Below are positions 25,565-36,719 of a DNA stretch of 64,000 nucleotides, in pieces. The translations under genes were made by a program, and so were the position numbers. Source of the stretch: Eukaryota sp. GEM-RC1 (lineage: Eukaryota); contig JAUFOQ010000005.1 in the NCBI GenBank assembly GCA_040285855.1, forward strand, positions 372,001-436,000, given 5' to 3'. Under the pieces are notes generated by a model that searched no databases, was not told where the DNA came from, and saw only the letters and a program-made list of their open reading frames with translations. Position 1 is the first letter of the stretch. Every line of letters begins with the position of its first letter.

Positions 25565-25658
25565 TGCAGCGACATGGAATCGAACCATGGTTATTGCGAG
25601 GATTTGTCCGTGTCAAAGAGTGTTCAGTCAATGCTTGCCGTATTATGCATGAAGCTGC
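25565..25658 (-). ncRNA. tRNA-like element (imperfect) with B-box and T-run
   Basis: Perfect T-arm CATGG-TTCGATT-CCATG followed by TCGCTGCA, which can pair with GCAGC at 25658. D-arm-like TGCATAATACGGCAAGCA, and TTTTT 6 nt downstream. Anticodon arm irregular. Confidence 0.45.
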
Positions 25659-25682
25659 TTCTCCAGAAGGCGCTCCTCGTTT

Positions 25683-25761
25683 CATCTGGTTTTAGCAACG
25701 GTTTCCCGTAGTTGTCCCGGAGTTTCTCATAAGTTCTTCCCGTGTTACTCACCCGTTCGTC
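25683..25761 (-). other. Bacterial 16S rRNA-like fragment (approx. E. coli 105-180, helices 7/8)
   Basis: GACGAACGGGTGAGTAACACG...AACTT...ACTCCGGGACAACTACGGGAAACCGTTGCTAAAACCAGAT versus the 16S pattern GGCGAACGGGTGAGTAACACGT...AACCT...GGGAYAAC...GGAAAC...GCTAATACCGGAT. Confidence 0.65.
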
Positions 25762-26049
25762 GGTTTCTCCCAGTTGCGTTCCGTGATGTAATTGGCTGGT
25801 TTGTGATCCATACCGTCCAATTGTACAAAGCGCTTGTGAACCAGGATGGCGTTCAAATGATTACTGCTTCCGGAACACCTCCAGTGCCTAAGGCTGCTTA
25901 CTCTTGTGATGGATCAGATCTCGTTGTGGATGTCATTTCAGTAATGAAGAACGTGTTAAGCTTGCTAACACAACCTTTAACAAATGTAGGAATGTCGGAT
26001 GATCTAGCTGATGCCATAACTTACTCTAATTTCTTTTCCACTTGTATTT

Positions 26050-27430
26050 CCGTTTCTTCTTTCGATGAATAATCGGATCTGGACATGTGATTCCATGATT
26101 GTGAGTGTTTTCACCAAATGTTCTCCCTTAGCACACTTAGAGCAACACTTACTGGTTCGGTACTCATCCACAAGAGAAATCTTGAACCCTGCTTTTCTAA
26201 ATAGCTTCCTCATTGATTTTCCTTTAATTGTTGGAAGAAAACCTTTAGAGCCAAAAGCAGAGTCATCCCAATCGCCAAGAACTTTGTTTGGTTCACAAAG
26301 ATTTTCTCGAAACGGATGATCATTTGGTCTTCTCCCCGTTTCTTGTTGGAGTACAACTGAAGTTGTCTCTTTCTAAACCAAGTTGAGCTGTATAAATTGC
26401 AAGTTCTCAAGTTGAATAATTCTTTTTGATAGATGTACTCACAAAACTCTTCACGAACACAAGATTGTTTTTGTCCTTGATTGACAGCAGCAGAGAAGAG
26501 ATTAGTTGTATCTTTACCAGTTACATCGAGCCAGGTTGTCAATTCAAGCTTTCGTTGTTCTGTTTTACGGTATTTCTTGAATTTGGATTCGTAGTTACGT
26601 TCCCCATGAGTATAAACAAACTTTTTAAACTTGTCTGTTTGTTCTCATTTTAACATCTTCAGATACTTGAACTTCTGGTTTGGGTGTTCTTTTGTTTCTT
26701 CTGTTTTAATGATACGATTGGGTGGCTTTCGTGGTCTTGTGGTTGCATCTGTTTTAATTCCTTCTTTTCTAATTCCTCAGTAGATTTTTCTGTGCCAGCA
26801 ACAATTGGGGCATACTTATTTGGATCAATACCCACCAGAGTTCTATCTTTTAGATTTAATTCCTCAAGATCAGTGACTGTTAAATCATCCAGTTACTTTT
26901 CTTCAGTTTGCAATTGAATTGTAGAGTATTGTTTTCCTACTAAATCGTTTCTTTGTAAAACAAGTGAAACCGAAACACCATCAGTTTGAAATTCACTTTG
27001 AATTGAGTTTGTAAAGGAGTAAATTTGTCTTAGTACATTTGAAGCATCCAGCATCTCTGTTAAGTAGGGAATCCCAAATTTCTGTTCCATTTTGAATAGA
27101 ATGGGTTCAATAAAATTTCTTTGTTTGTTATGTTACAATTTTCTCCCCAGAAATTTTGGATTCTAAATCTTGCACTTCAGCCATGGCTTTGTTTGAAAAA
27201 ATTACCAAATACAACTTTAGTGTCAACTCTAAAATGCTGTGGAATGACAGTCTCTGTTAAAGGAAGACAATTTGGAATACTGCAAGGATTTCCTCTTTCA
27301 TCAGTTTCAGCTCTTCCAAGCCTTGTTGTAAAAATTGCAGGAGACAACAACTTCACTGGATGTACCTTTTGAGAATAGAATAAGTTTTTATCTTTGACAA
27401 ATAGTGAAGTAAAATGATCTTTCAGATATA
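26050..27430 (-). pseudogene. Fanzor1 (TnpB-like RuvC nuclease), frameshifted
   Basis: CLPLTETVIPQHFRVDT, EFQTDGVSVSLVLQRNDLVGK, RuvC-I LVGIDPN (26821), FRKRQLQLYSNKKRGEDQM, VLGDW...PTIKGKSMRKLFRKAGFKISLVDEYRTSKCCSKC. RuvC-III not seen. Confidence 0.88.
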
Positions 27431-27449
27431 TTTTAAAATTCCAAAAGTC

Positions 27450-28140
27450 TACTAAGTGATGACATAATTCCACATCATTAATACAATATCAAGCAAGAGA
27501 CGTTCGGTCTTCATCTGAACCATTCCACAAACGACAAATTTCCTTCAACTTGGCTAAAGTACTTTGATTTCTCAACATTTCACAACCTTGACTCTTGTAC
27601 TTAGTTTGAAGACGAACTTTCTCATCTTTAGATAAAATATACAATTTTTGAACTTGTGAACCTTCAAACAGATATGAAACAACATTTTCCGATGATATAC
27701 CTCCGGGAAATGTAAAAGTAGAACGTAAAAGATGATACAAATTCAGAGACAAAATAGAAGCAAGGTTTGACTTTTCAGCCCATCTTTGAAAAAACATGGA
27801 CAACAAACAGAACCTTCACCCAGTTTAATTAAGAAATTGATGTTCACATCAAGCAGTTGACGAATAATAAACGGTAAATCAAATGAATTACAATTGTAAC
27901 CACAAATGGGTTTTGGCTTTTCCAATTTCAGTAGATCAATAAATTTCACCAACATTTCCTTTTCATTTTCAAAAGCACATCTTCAACATTCAGAATATCA
28001 GTAAGAACTGATTTACAAGTATACAAGAAATTTCTTGACTCTTGTAAATGATGTTCAACAATATTTACAAGTTGAACTGCAATCTGGAAAATTGAATCAT
28101 TTTCAAAGTCGGGTTTCAAATTATCTGGTTTTTCAGAAAG
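27450..28140 (-). pseudogene. Family-B DNA polymerase 3'-5' exonuclease-like domain
   Basis: PDFENDSIFQIAV, FENEKEMLVKFIDLL, ExoII ICGYNCNSFDLPFII (~27880), ExoIII LA*YCINDVEL (27474-27488). Confidence 0.85.
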
Positions 28141-28629
28141 ATTGGTTTGTCTTCTGGTTCGAGGTCATCATCTTGAGAAACATTGAGGCAATTGACGGCT
28201 GGGACTCTTTCAGGATCAAAAGGAGCTCCACTTCTTTGTAATAACACATCCAGCAAGAGAAAACAATGGTTCAGAAGGTGTACTTGTGGTTTGAATAGAG
28301 AATATCTGTGTTTATATTATAGTCAAATTATAATTGTAACATCCTGAAACGATTTTGCATTTAGGACTATTTATGTGTTTAGAGAAATCAGTGGTGTTAT
28401 ACAGAGGTCAGACACAATATTCCATATGGATACACTATTTCACTAGAACAAAATTCGTCGACAAAATTTCCGCGAAAACTCAAAAATAATCCGTCGACTC
28501 GACGACGACGACGACGACGACGGAGAAATGAAATACGAACGTCGACGATTCGTTGATGATTGTTGGTAGCGAATTCGTCATGTCTAGAAAATTGTTTGTT
28601 CAAATATTTCTCATAAGATGAAAAGCAAT

Positions 28630-29976
28630 GCTCTCTTCTTCTGTTCTTTATCCCCTCTTCACTCACGCTCTTACTGAAGACACGAAACAACCAAAAAGGA
28701 CTTGCATTTTCAGCAAAGCTTGTTGATTTTGACTCATCTTCACTTCTTGAAACGTCTCTTAAAGTCTTCTTCTGAAGTGGATTATGACGATCCTGGTCGT
28801 CATTTCCTTAATTTGAAGAAACAATTGCACACATTCTTTAAGAAACTTGGCTATGTATCTCGTCGCTTCTTTGAAACTGCTCGTCTAACTGTCAAGGTGT
28901 ATATCCAGACATACACGTTTCATTTAGTTCCTGACGTTCTTCCTCAACTACATGTATTTGCTTCCTTCTTTGGAGCAGAGGTACAGTCTGTTTTCTTACA
29001 CGTGACCCAGAACTTTAGAGTTCAAGAACTTCTCCATTACTCTAATATAATATCAGGTTTGTTTTTGACATTAGAAAACTCTACTGACTTGGAGTTCCTC
29101 AATAACTCTTCTTCGTTCTTTCCACGTCTTAAACAGCTTCATGTGCGTGTTGATTCTTCTATTTCTTTGTTGTTAATTGAATTGTTAAAAGTCAATACTA
29201 CGGTCACAAGTATTGACCTGGAAGAAACTTTGCTTGGTCCAGCAGGTGCTAGAGCTTTAGCGGATATGTTGAAAATTAATGATACAATGGAAAGTGTAAA
29301 TGTAAGCTACAACTCTATTGGAGATGAAGGTGCAACAGCATTATCAGAAGCGTTGAAAATTAATACTACATTATCAATAATCAATTTGAATTTCAATTCC
29401 ATTGGAGATGAAGGTGCTACTGAATTGGCAGAGGCATTAACAGTTAATACTACGGTGAAAAAAATTGATTTGAGTGGGAATTATTTTGGGGTTGAGGGTG
29501 CTAGAGCTTTAGCGGATATGTTGAAAATTAATGCTACAGTTGAGAGTGTAAATTTGAGTTACAACTCCCTTGAAGATGATGGTGCTGGAGCATTGGTAGA
29601 TGCATTAACTGTTAACACTACAGTTACACGTGTTATTCTGTGGGATATATCTATTACAGACGAAAGTGCAACCGCATTTGCAATTTTGTTAAAACTTAAT
29701 ATTTCAGTAACAAGTATTGATTTGAGTGGAAACTCTATTGGAACTGAAGGAGCTATATCGTTAGCAGAAGCGTTACATGTAAATAATACTGTTGTGAGTG
29801 TGAATTTAAGTGACAACTTTATTGATGACGCAGGTGCTATCGCTTTGGCAAATGCTTTGAAAGTTAATACTACAGTGACTATTGATTTGACTGGAAATCC
29901 TATTACAGATGAATGTGCTATATCACTGGCAGATGTGTTAAACGTAAATGGCACAGTTAAAATATCAACAAGTTGA
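28630..29976 (+). CDS. NLRC3/RI-like LRR protein (5' end frameshifted or disrupted)
   Basis: Family N-domain HFQQSLLILTHLHFLKRL...FFPRLKQLHV plus ~9 28-aa repeats LKVNTTxxxIxLxxNSIGxEGAxALA. Confidence 0.8.
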
Positions 29977-31273
29977 TCTTAATTCGATTTTTATGCTTAA
30001 TATACCCTAAGTTTACGTTCATTTTATCGTGATGAAAACTACTTAATTAGATGTTTCTATAACTCGATTAAGTGATTTTAGGTGATTCGATGTTATCAAT
30101 TGTTACACAGTCTTTTCAGGTTTTTTGATTCCTACCATTTCAAGTAAATGCGTAAAAATATTACAGTTGTTGTTCAGCCACAACAAAGCTGACAATACGT
30201 AGAGTCCAGCTGATCATCCTCATAGATGTATTTATTTACTAATACATCGAAGTTGTTGGAAAAACTAATCTGGATACAGACATAACATTTGAAAACACGT
30301 TTATTGAACAAACTTAGATTCATATTATTGCATTATTGATCACACTTACAAACCCTTTTGTTTAGAGAAATACAAAAACAGGAATCAGCTACATACAACC
30401 AGATAGGGCCAAGGTCTGGTTTAAAGCACTCCCTTAATGTAGAGTGTCTACAAAGGAGGCGCTGCAAAGGAGAAGTGATTGCAAGCAGTGGAGGAAGATG
30501 TCCTGGAACTGTGAGAAGCATGTAGGTGTCAGTTTGAAAGAAGCGTTGAACAGCTGAAAAGCCACAGTCATAGAGGCGTTGACTCACAAAGCCCGCAGTC
30601 ACACGGAATAAGGACAAACTGTGTACCAAGAAAGAAAAGAGTAGGAGGAGGGGATTCAGTGAAGTCTGCGTAAAAGGCGGTTACCATCTAGACGAATTCT
30701 TCCGGCGACGCGATGAAGTATAGATTGATCGAAATCAAGACCGAGGGATAAGCGTTGAGGTGTCATAGCGTCAGGATAGCAGAAGGGAAGAACATTCAGA
30801 GAGAGGAAACATCACTCCGGAATCCGGTATATCACCATGAGAAAGACGACTCTTTTTAAGTGGAGGATCAGTGAAAGTGATGTGGATTCAATCAAGGAAA
30901 CAACATCTGTTTTGAGAGATTCAACCGATCACAGATGCATGACTACAGATTAATCAAGAACTAATAGGTGGTACCACAACATCAGATAGAGATTGTGCAA
31001 GTTCTTTGCTGTTCCTCTTGAATTGACTTGAAAAGACTACCACTAGTAATAGGTCAACACAATCCCATTGTCACACTGATCGTGGAAGATTACTGAACGC
31101 AAAAAGAATATTGTTTCGAGGCTTTTTAAACAACAGAATATGGACATAGGAGACACAGAAGAAGACGGATCATGATAATCTTACCACACCATTGGTTACT
31201 CACTCAAGTTTCTTCAATTCAATTAAGAAGATTGGACCTCAGAAGGAATCAAAGAAATCTAGAATCACCCTCA

Positions 31274-33073
31274 ATGGCCTCTTATCCCTTTATTAAGACA
31301 TTTAGGACAACTCACGTTCCGATCTCTTCTGTCCGCTGCCTTGAATGCTGCGATCAATGGATATCTAGTACATCTCCTTGTAAGCTGTCCTCCTCTTCTT
31401 ATCTCACATCCCCTCCCTTTGTATCGTTCCTGCCGTCGATTACTCGTCAAAGCAACATCACTCGCAAGTCAATTTTCTTCCAACAGTCCATAGTTGTGTC
31501 GATCCTCCTGCATTCCCTCAAACGTCTCTGTAAATCTCCTGGAGAAGTCAATTCCCGTGATCCTCGTGGTCCTCTGCGTTGTTTGAAGGAAAAACTACAC
31601 TCATTTGTTCAGAATGTTGGTTACGTTGGCCAACGTTTCTTTGAATCATCTTTTACTGCAATTCAGTTGTTTGTTGGTGCAAACTCGTTCTCTGTTGCTT
31701 CGGAAGACCTTGTCCAACTCTCCTCAATCACTTCCCTCTTTGGAGCAGAGATTAGCTCTGTTTTCTTAAACGTTGCGGAATTGTTTAAGGTCGAAGATTG
31801 CCGACAGCATTGTAACAAAATTTCAAGATTAAATGTTACCTTGAATGTAGCAAATGATTTAAGATTCCTCAACAAATCGTGTCCTCTGTACTTTCCTCAT
31901 CTTCAACGACTTAATGTACGTGTTGATTCATCTATTTTACAGACATTTGTGGGAACTTTGAAATTTAATTTTACAATTGTTCAAATTGACCTTCGGAATA
32001 ACTCTATTGGCGTTCACGGTGCCAGAGCATTAGCTGAAGCCTTGAAATTTAATCGTTCAATTACTAAGATTAATCTGGGGAATAACTCTATTGGAGCTGA
32101 AGGAGCGGTTCTACTAGCGGATGCACTGGAAATGAACTCTACAATTACTAAGATTGATTTTTCTGGTAATTCTTCCAAAAATGAAGGTGCGATTGCTTTG
32201 GGATATGCTTTGAGAATTAACTCTACAATTACTAAGATTGATTTATCTCTAAACTCCATCGGAGACAAGGGATTAAGGGCTTTGGCTGGTGCTCTGAAAG
32301 TAAATTCTTCAATTAATCAAATTAATCTAGCCTATAACTGTAATGGTTATAAAGGTGTTAGAGCATTGGCTGATGCGTTGAAAGTGAATTCTTCAGTGTC
32401 ACAAATTAATCTAGCTTACAATTCTAATGGAGATAAAGCTGTAAGAGCATTGGCTGATGCTTTGAAGGAAAACTCTTCAATTACTCATCTTAACTTAGCC
32501 TATAACTCTGTTGGAACTAAAGGTGCTCTAGCTTTGGCTGATGCTTTAAAAGTCAATTCTTCAGTTTTAGAAATTAATCTGTCTGCTAATGCAATTGGTG
32601 ATGATGGTACTGTAGCCTTGGCTGACGCTTTAAGATTAAATTCTTCTCTTCTTAAGATTAATTTAGAAAATAATTCAATTAGTTGTGAAGGTACAATAGC
32701 ATTGGCCGAAATGTTGAAGGTTAAATCCACACTTAATGTAATTAATCTACGGAATAACTATATCAATACTGAAGGAATACTATCATTGGCTGCTGGTTTG
32801 AGATTGAATTCTTCTATTAATGTGATTAATCTAGAAAATATTTCTATTGATGCTGAAGGAGCTACAGCCTTGGGTGAAATGTTAAAGGTTAATTCTACTA
32901 TCAGTACAATTAATTTACGGGACAACTCTATTGGGAACGAAGCAGCTCTCTTATTGGCGGATGCTTTGAATCAAAACTCTACAATTGTCAAGATTTCTGT
33001 AGGCTTTATGTCTCTTGACTCTCAAACAAAACAACTCCTGAGGAAAATGTCAAATGATCGAATCTCGTGTTAA
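31274..33073 (+). CDS. NLRC3/RI-like LRR protein (intact, ~599 aa)
   Basis: Same N-domain plus ~13 RI-like 28-aa LRRs. ATG at 31274. Confidence 0.88.
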   Translation: MASYPFIKTFRTTHVPISSVRCLECCDQWISSTSPCKLSSSSYLTSPPFVSFLPSITRQSNITRKSIFFQQSIVVSILLHSLKRLCKSPGEVNSRDPRGPLRCLKEKLHSFVQNVGYVGQRFFESSFTAIQLFVGANSFSVASEDLVQLSSITSLFGAEISSVFLNVAELFKVEDCRQHCNKISRLNVTLNVANDLRFLNKSCPLYFPHLQRLNVRVDSSILQTFVGTLKFNFTIVQIDLRNNSIGVHGARALAEALKFNRSITKINLGNNSIGAEGAVLLADALEMNSTITKIDFSGNSSKNEGAIALGYALRINSTITKIDLSLNSIGDKGLRALAGALKVNSSINQINLAYNCNGYKGVRALADALKVNSSVSQINLAYNSNGDKAVRALADALKENSSITHLNLAYNSVGTKGALALADALKVNSSVLEINLSANAIGDDGTVALADALRLNSSLLKINLENNSISCEGTIALAEMLKVKSTLNVINLRNNYINTEGILSLAAGLRLNSSINVINLENISIDAEGATALGEMLKVNSTISTINLRDNSIGNEAALLLADALNQNSTIVKISVGFMSLDSQTKQLLRKMSNDRISC

Positions 33074-33314
33074 TTTTGTAATGTTAAGACATTGTCTAAA
33101 TTAGTTTTTATTGTTTCATTTTATTAGTTAATTATTCTTTTTACTGTGGTGGGTATTGTGTTCAACACTCACTGAATAAGTTTGAACAAGAAATGGAATC
33201 ACCGTAGTTTGTTTGTGTAATAAAATTGTGTTATGTAACAGTGTAACATTAAAACTGTTTATTTCAAAAAAAATATCGAGGAGAATTATTCTTACTGTAA
33301 ACAAATCTATCGAC

Positions 33315-34900
33315 ATGTTCACCAACCTCTCAATTGGTGTTTCCCACCCAAAACTCTACCCCAAAAATACCATGATTGACCTAATACATGAACATGGCGG
33401 TGTACATGGCGTACATGGCGACCATTTACATCTGCTAATCTGCTCTTCCTCTGAATTGTCCAGAGAAACTAAGTTATACCACCAAGCTCTTGCTCAAGAT
33501 GTTCCCATTGTGTCTGAAGATTGGTTTGAAGCTGCCTTCAGGAGAATTACCCTTGGTCAATCAATTTCCAACTCAACTATGTTCTTCTCAACGTCACTGT
33601 CTTTCCCCTGTACTAACTCTCACTTCACTCGCTGAAAAGACTCTTAATCGCGAGCAGCTTCACTTTGTACTCTCTGAATCTGATTTGGTGTATAAAACCT
33701 TGCAAGCCAATACTCAACTTCTTGTTTGCTCTGGAAACAGAAGCCACCAAAACACCTCCCCCTCCCTATACTCTCCACTGCCCATTCTCGTCAAATACCC
33801 ATTGTAACCACTGCATGGATCACAGAGTCCTTTGCTTCCAAGAAACTCATTGACTACTCACGTCATCTACTCACTCCCTTGTATCCCACTTACAATCATG
33901 AGGCCAAACGATCACGTCTCTCTCCTAATGTTGAACCTCTAGATCATCCTGGCTTTCTCTTCAACATTCTTCTAGGTTCTCACTTCAAGTTTCCCATACT
34001 TAAACCACGACTTCTTTTGGCTCTTCATTGGCTCTTAGGAACAGAAGAACAATCAAAAATGATTTGGGACCGAAACAAATCAATGTTTGGGGCTTTTGTT
34101 GATCGTTCTCCAACTGGAATTTACGAACGTAAAAACTTTTCCAAAAAATTCATCAGTAAGACTTGCTCAACAAAGAGGGCTTTGACAGACTTTAATCTTT
34201 CTGTATTAGAGTTGAAGCCTCTGCATCACTCTTATCACGGCTATAATTTGATTGAAGTGAAGGAACTTTCCTTTTTTAAACATGGTCTTGATGACTATAG
34301 AAGAGTTAGGGACAGAAGAGAGAAGTTTCTGTTCAGAAAGCAAGAAATTCGTGATGAAAGAGTCTCATTTATTCACCATTATTTACGGTCTACTTTGAAT
34401 TTCAATGACTTTTTGTTTACATCAAAGATCATTAATTCTAAATATTGCTCTGATTTTCTAGCGAATGGTAAAGGTAAATCTAATATGAAATCACAATTAA
34501 ACAAGTTTGTTTTTATATATAACCTAACCAATCACTGCTCAGACTCTGATAGAGAACTTGTTATTCAACGTCTTAAAGATACTGAAGAAGTGACGGAAGA
34601 GATGGTTTCACAAGAAGTTCGCACAGTTATTTGGAATCGAAAATATGGTAATAGAGCTGACTTTTTCTTCACAATTCAAACACAAAAAAGTGGGTATGTT
34701 GAGGGATTTATATCTGACCTTGATATGGAAAACTTCATGAAAAAGTTTAAAGAAGAAAGAAAAACTAACTGAAGATCTTATTGAAAGTCTCACTGTAAAT
34801 TGCTCAAAAACTGTAAAGTCGATGGTTCTTAATCGACTTCAAAAAATTGAAATAGTTACAGAAGAATTAATTGCAGAGGAGATTCGTCGAGCTGGAACTT
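33315..34900 (+). pseudogene. BRCT/XPA-C-like family copy 2 (frameshifted)
   Basis: High identity to 244..2060, with frameshifts near 33538, 33733-33765 and 34765. Confidence 0.8.
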
Positions 34901-35440
34901 AAATCAGTCCCTTCTGCGTATTGAAGACAACTTCTCCTAAGAAAACTTGTTCTTTTCGTCAGTGATTTCATTCTCCAGTCTTTTTCAAGATATTTCCGTT
35001 AACCTTTGTGTATACTAATGGTTCATCTAGCAACAGTAGAAAAGAGGTAAATAAACAATGACAATGCCTTATTTTAAGTCCATGATTGATTTAAATAGTC
35101 CAGAGCCTAGGAAAATATGGCTCCTATCAGCATGTTGGATTTTAAGTGTACAGTAGAAGATACACATTTTCTATCTACAAAACCGCATGAGTAAATACAA
35201 GTTCATCATTATATTTTTTAACAGTTGTCGTTAAAATAAATACTAAATGATTTAGGAGGTATTGGTTTCGTTTCATCTAGATGTCTTAATAAAGCCGCGT
35301 TTATTGTTGGTGGTAAAAACTATCTTTTTGCATTCTGAAATCGTTTCCCAGATCTTTTAATTATCCCTTCTCTTCAATACTTCAAGGAGTTGGTAAGACC
35401 AGTTGATGTACTGCCCCTTGATCTTGGGTCTTTCTGCTTT
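34855..35440. repeat. Direct repeat of 41678..42270 (downstream flank of the BRCT family)
   Basis: Shared GAGATTCGTCGAGCTGGAACTTAAATCAGTCCC...CAATACTTCAA...CCAGTTGATGTACTG. Also 35545..35700 recurs inverted at 41500..41660. Confidence 0.8.
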
Positions 35441-35739
35441 CTAATTGATGTTAAAGTGATTCCATCTCACACGGTACCAAATTTATAGTTTTGGAAAAAA
35501 AATACTGCAAAACCATCTTACAAAATATAAGAAAAAAACGGGGTTTATGATCAGTCAGTGAAATAAATGCATTTGCAGAAGTTAATAACTAACAGACACT
35601 AACTAAAGTATCTAAACTATGATCCTTCTGTCCATCACCGAACAACTTACCTAAAATTGAATTAAAATATCTGTGCATTGAACGAAACAACGCAAATATA
35701 AGTGTTCATTTGTAACAGTAAATTAATACATCCTAATTC

Positions 35740-36000
35740 AGAAACTAAAAGAGGTTAAATTTTCCACATCACCACGAGAATTATCGCTGTACAACTTGGA
35801 AAAAATGGATCTTAACTCCTTGGGCATGCTTCTAGACAGAACAAACAGAATTTGATTAATCCATACAGAACCATTTAAAAACCTTGCCATAAGAATGTCA
35901 TAAAAGATTAAAAGCGATGAACAATTTTAAACCCGTTGAACCAATATTAAACAACTGAAATTGTAAATGGAACAATTGAAAACCTAAAATATCAATTTTG
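35740..36000 (-). mobile_element. CRE-like non-LTR 3' fragment
   Basis: FSIVPFTIS...NIGSTG and GSVWINQILFVLSRSMPK. A similar copy lies at 53780..53990. Confidence 0.55.
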
Positions 36001-36719
36001 ATTAGGCTTCTTCAAAGCAAAATATTCCGAAAGCTCGTCAACAAACACAAATGCTGATGTTAAATTGTTTTGTGTGACTTGACTAACATTCTGTGTATTC
36101 TGATCATTGTAAAGCTGTTAATGATCGACATGCTGTGAAGGATTAATAGTCACTCCTAACTAAAGCTGAGAAATCCAAAATTTAGATGCATGTAGAACTT
36201 GCAAAACAATGATATTGCTCGATTTTTTGTCACTTTCTGGCAATAACATAGTACTCAACAGGTCTTACAAACAGCTTCATTCTTCGAAATTGAATCCTAA
36301 TGTAAATTAGTACTCATTTGGATGGGCTCTATGAATAAGAATCAAAGTAAAAAGAAACAAGAACTACAAGTCAGTTACACCCGCTTATATCAGCCTCTTG
36401 AATGAATACAACAGTGTTTTCATGATCATCAGATGAAGTGAGAAGAGGATAATTTAAGACTAGCAGTTCTGGTCCTTTATTTCCTTTGATTTTTAATATT
36501 GTATTCTAATGACGTTAGACGGCACTTCCTTGAGCTCAATAATTACATCGTCGTTTTGATCATAAATGCAGATGTCAACATTGAACCCAATGAAAACTTA
36601 CAACTAGAATATCATCTCGCTACATCAAACAAGCTCTTAGTATAGCAATCAAAAAAGATCTTGTTGATGTTCCCAATTCTTTCCCACAGAAAACTGTTTT
36701 TAAATACTTCTATGTTTTC

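Larger units (their letters stand above)
25500..28300 (-). mobile_element. Putative decayed PolB-exonuclease-Fanzor1 element (element F2)
   Basis: Same domain order as F1 but with a divergent sequence. Ends are approximate. Confidence 0.7.

Noticed and set aside
25683..25761. A real rRNA gene or bacterial contamination
   Set aside because: Similarity covers only ~80 nt and is embedded in eukaryotic mobile DNA.
13551..28140. Alternative genetic code explaining the in-frame stops
   Set aside because: The interruptions include frameshifts and different stop codons, while long host ORFs are open under the standard code.
28440..28600. (GAC)n tract with GTCGAC words as a MITE
   Set aside because: No convincing TIR pair or TSD.
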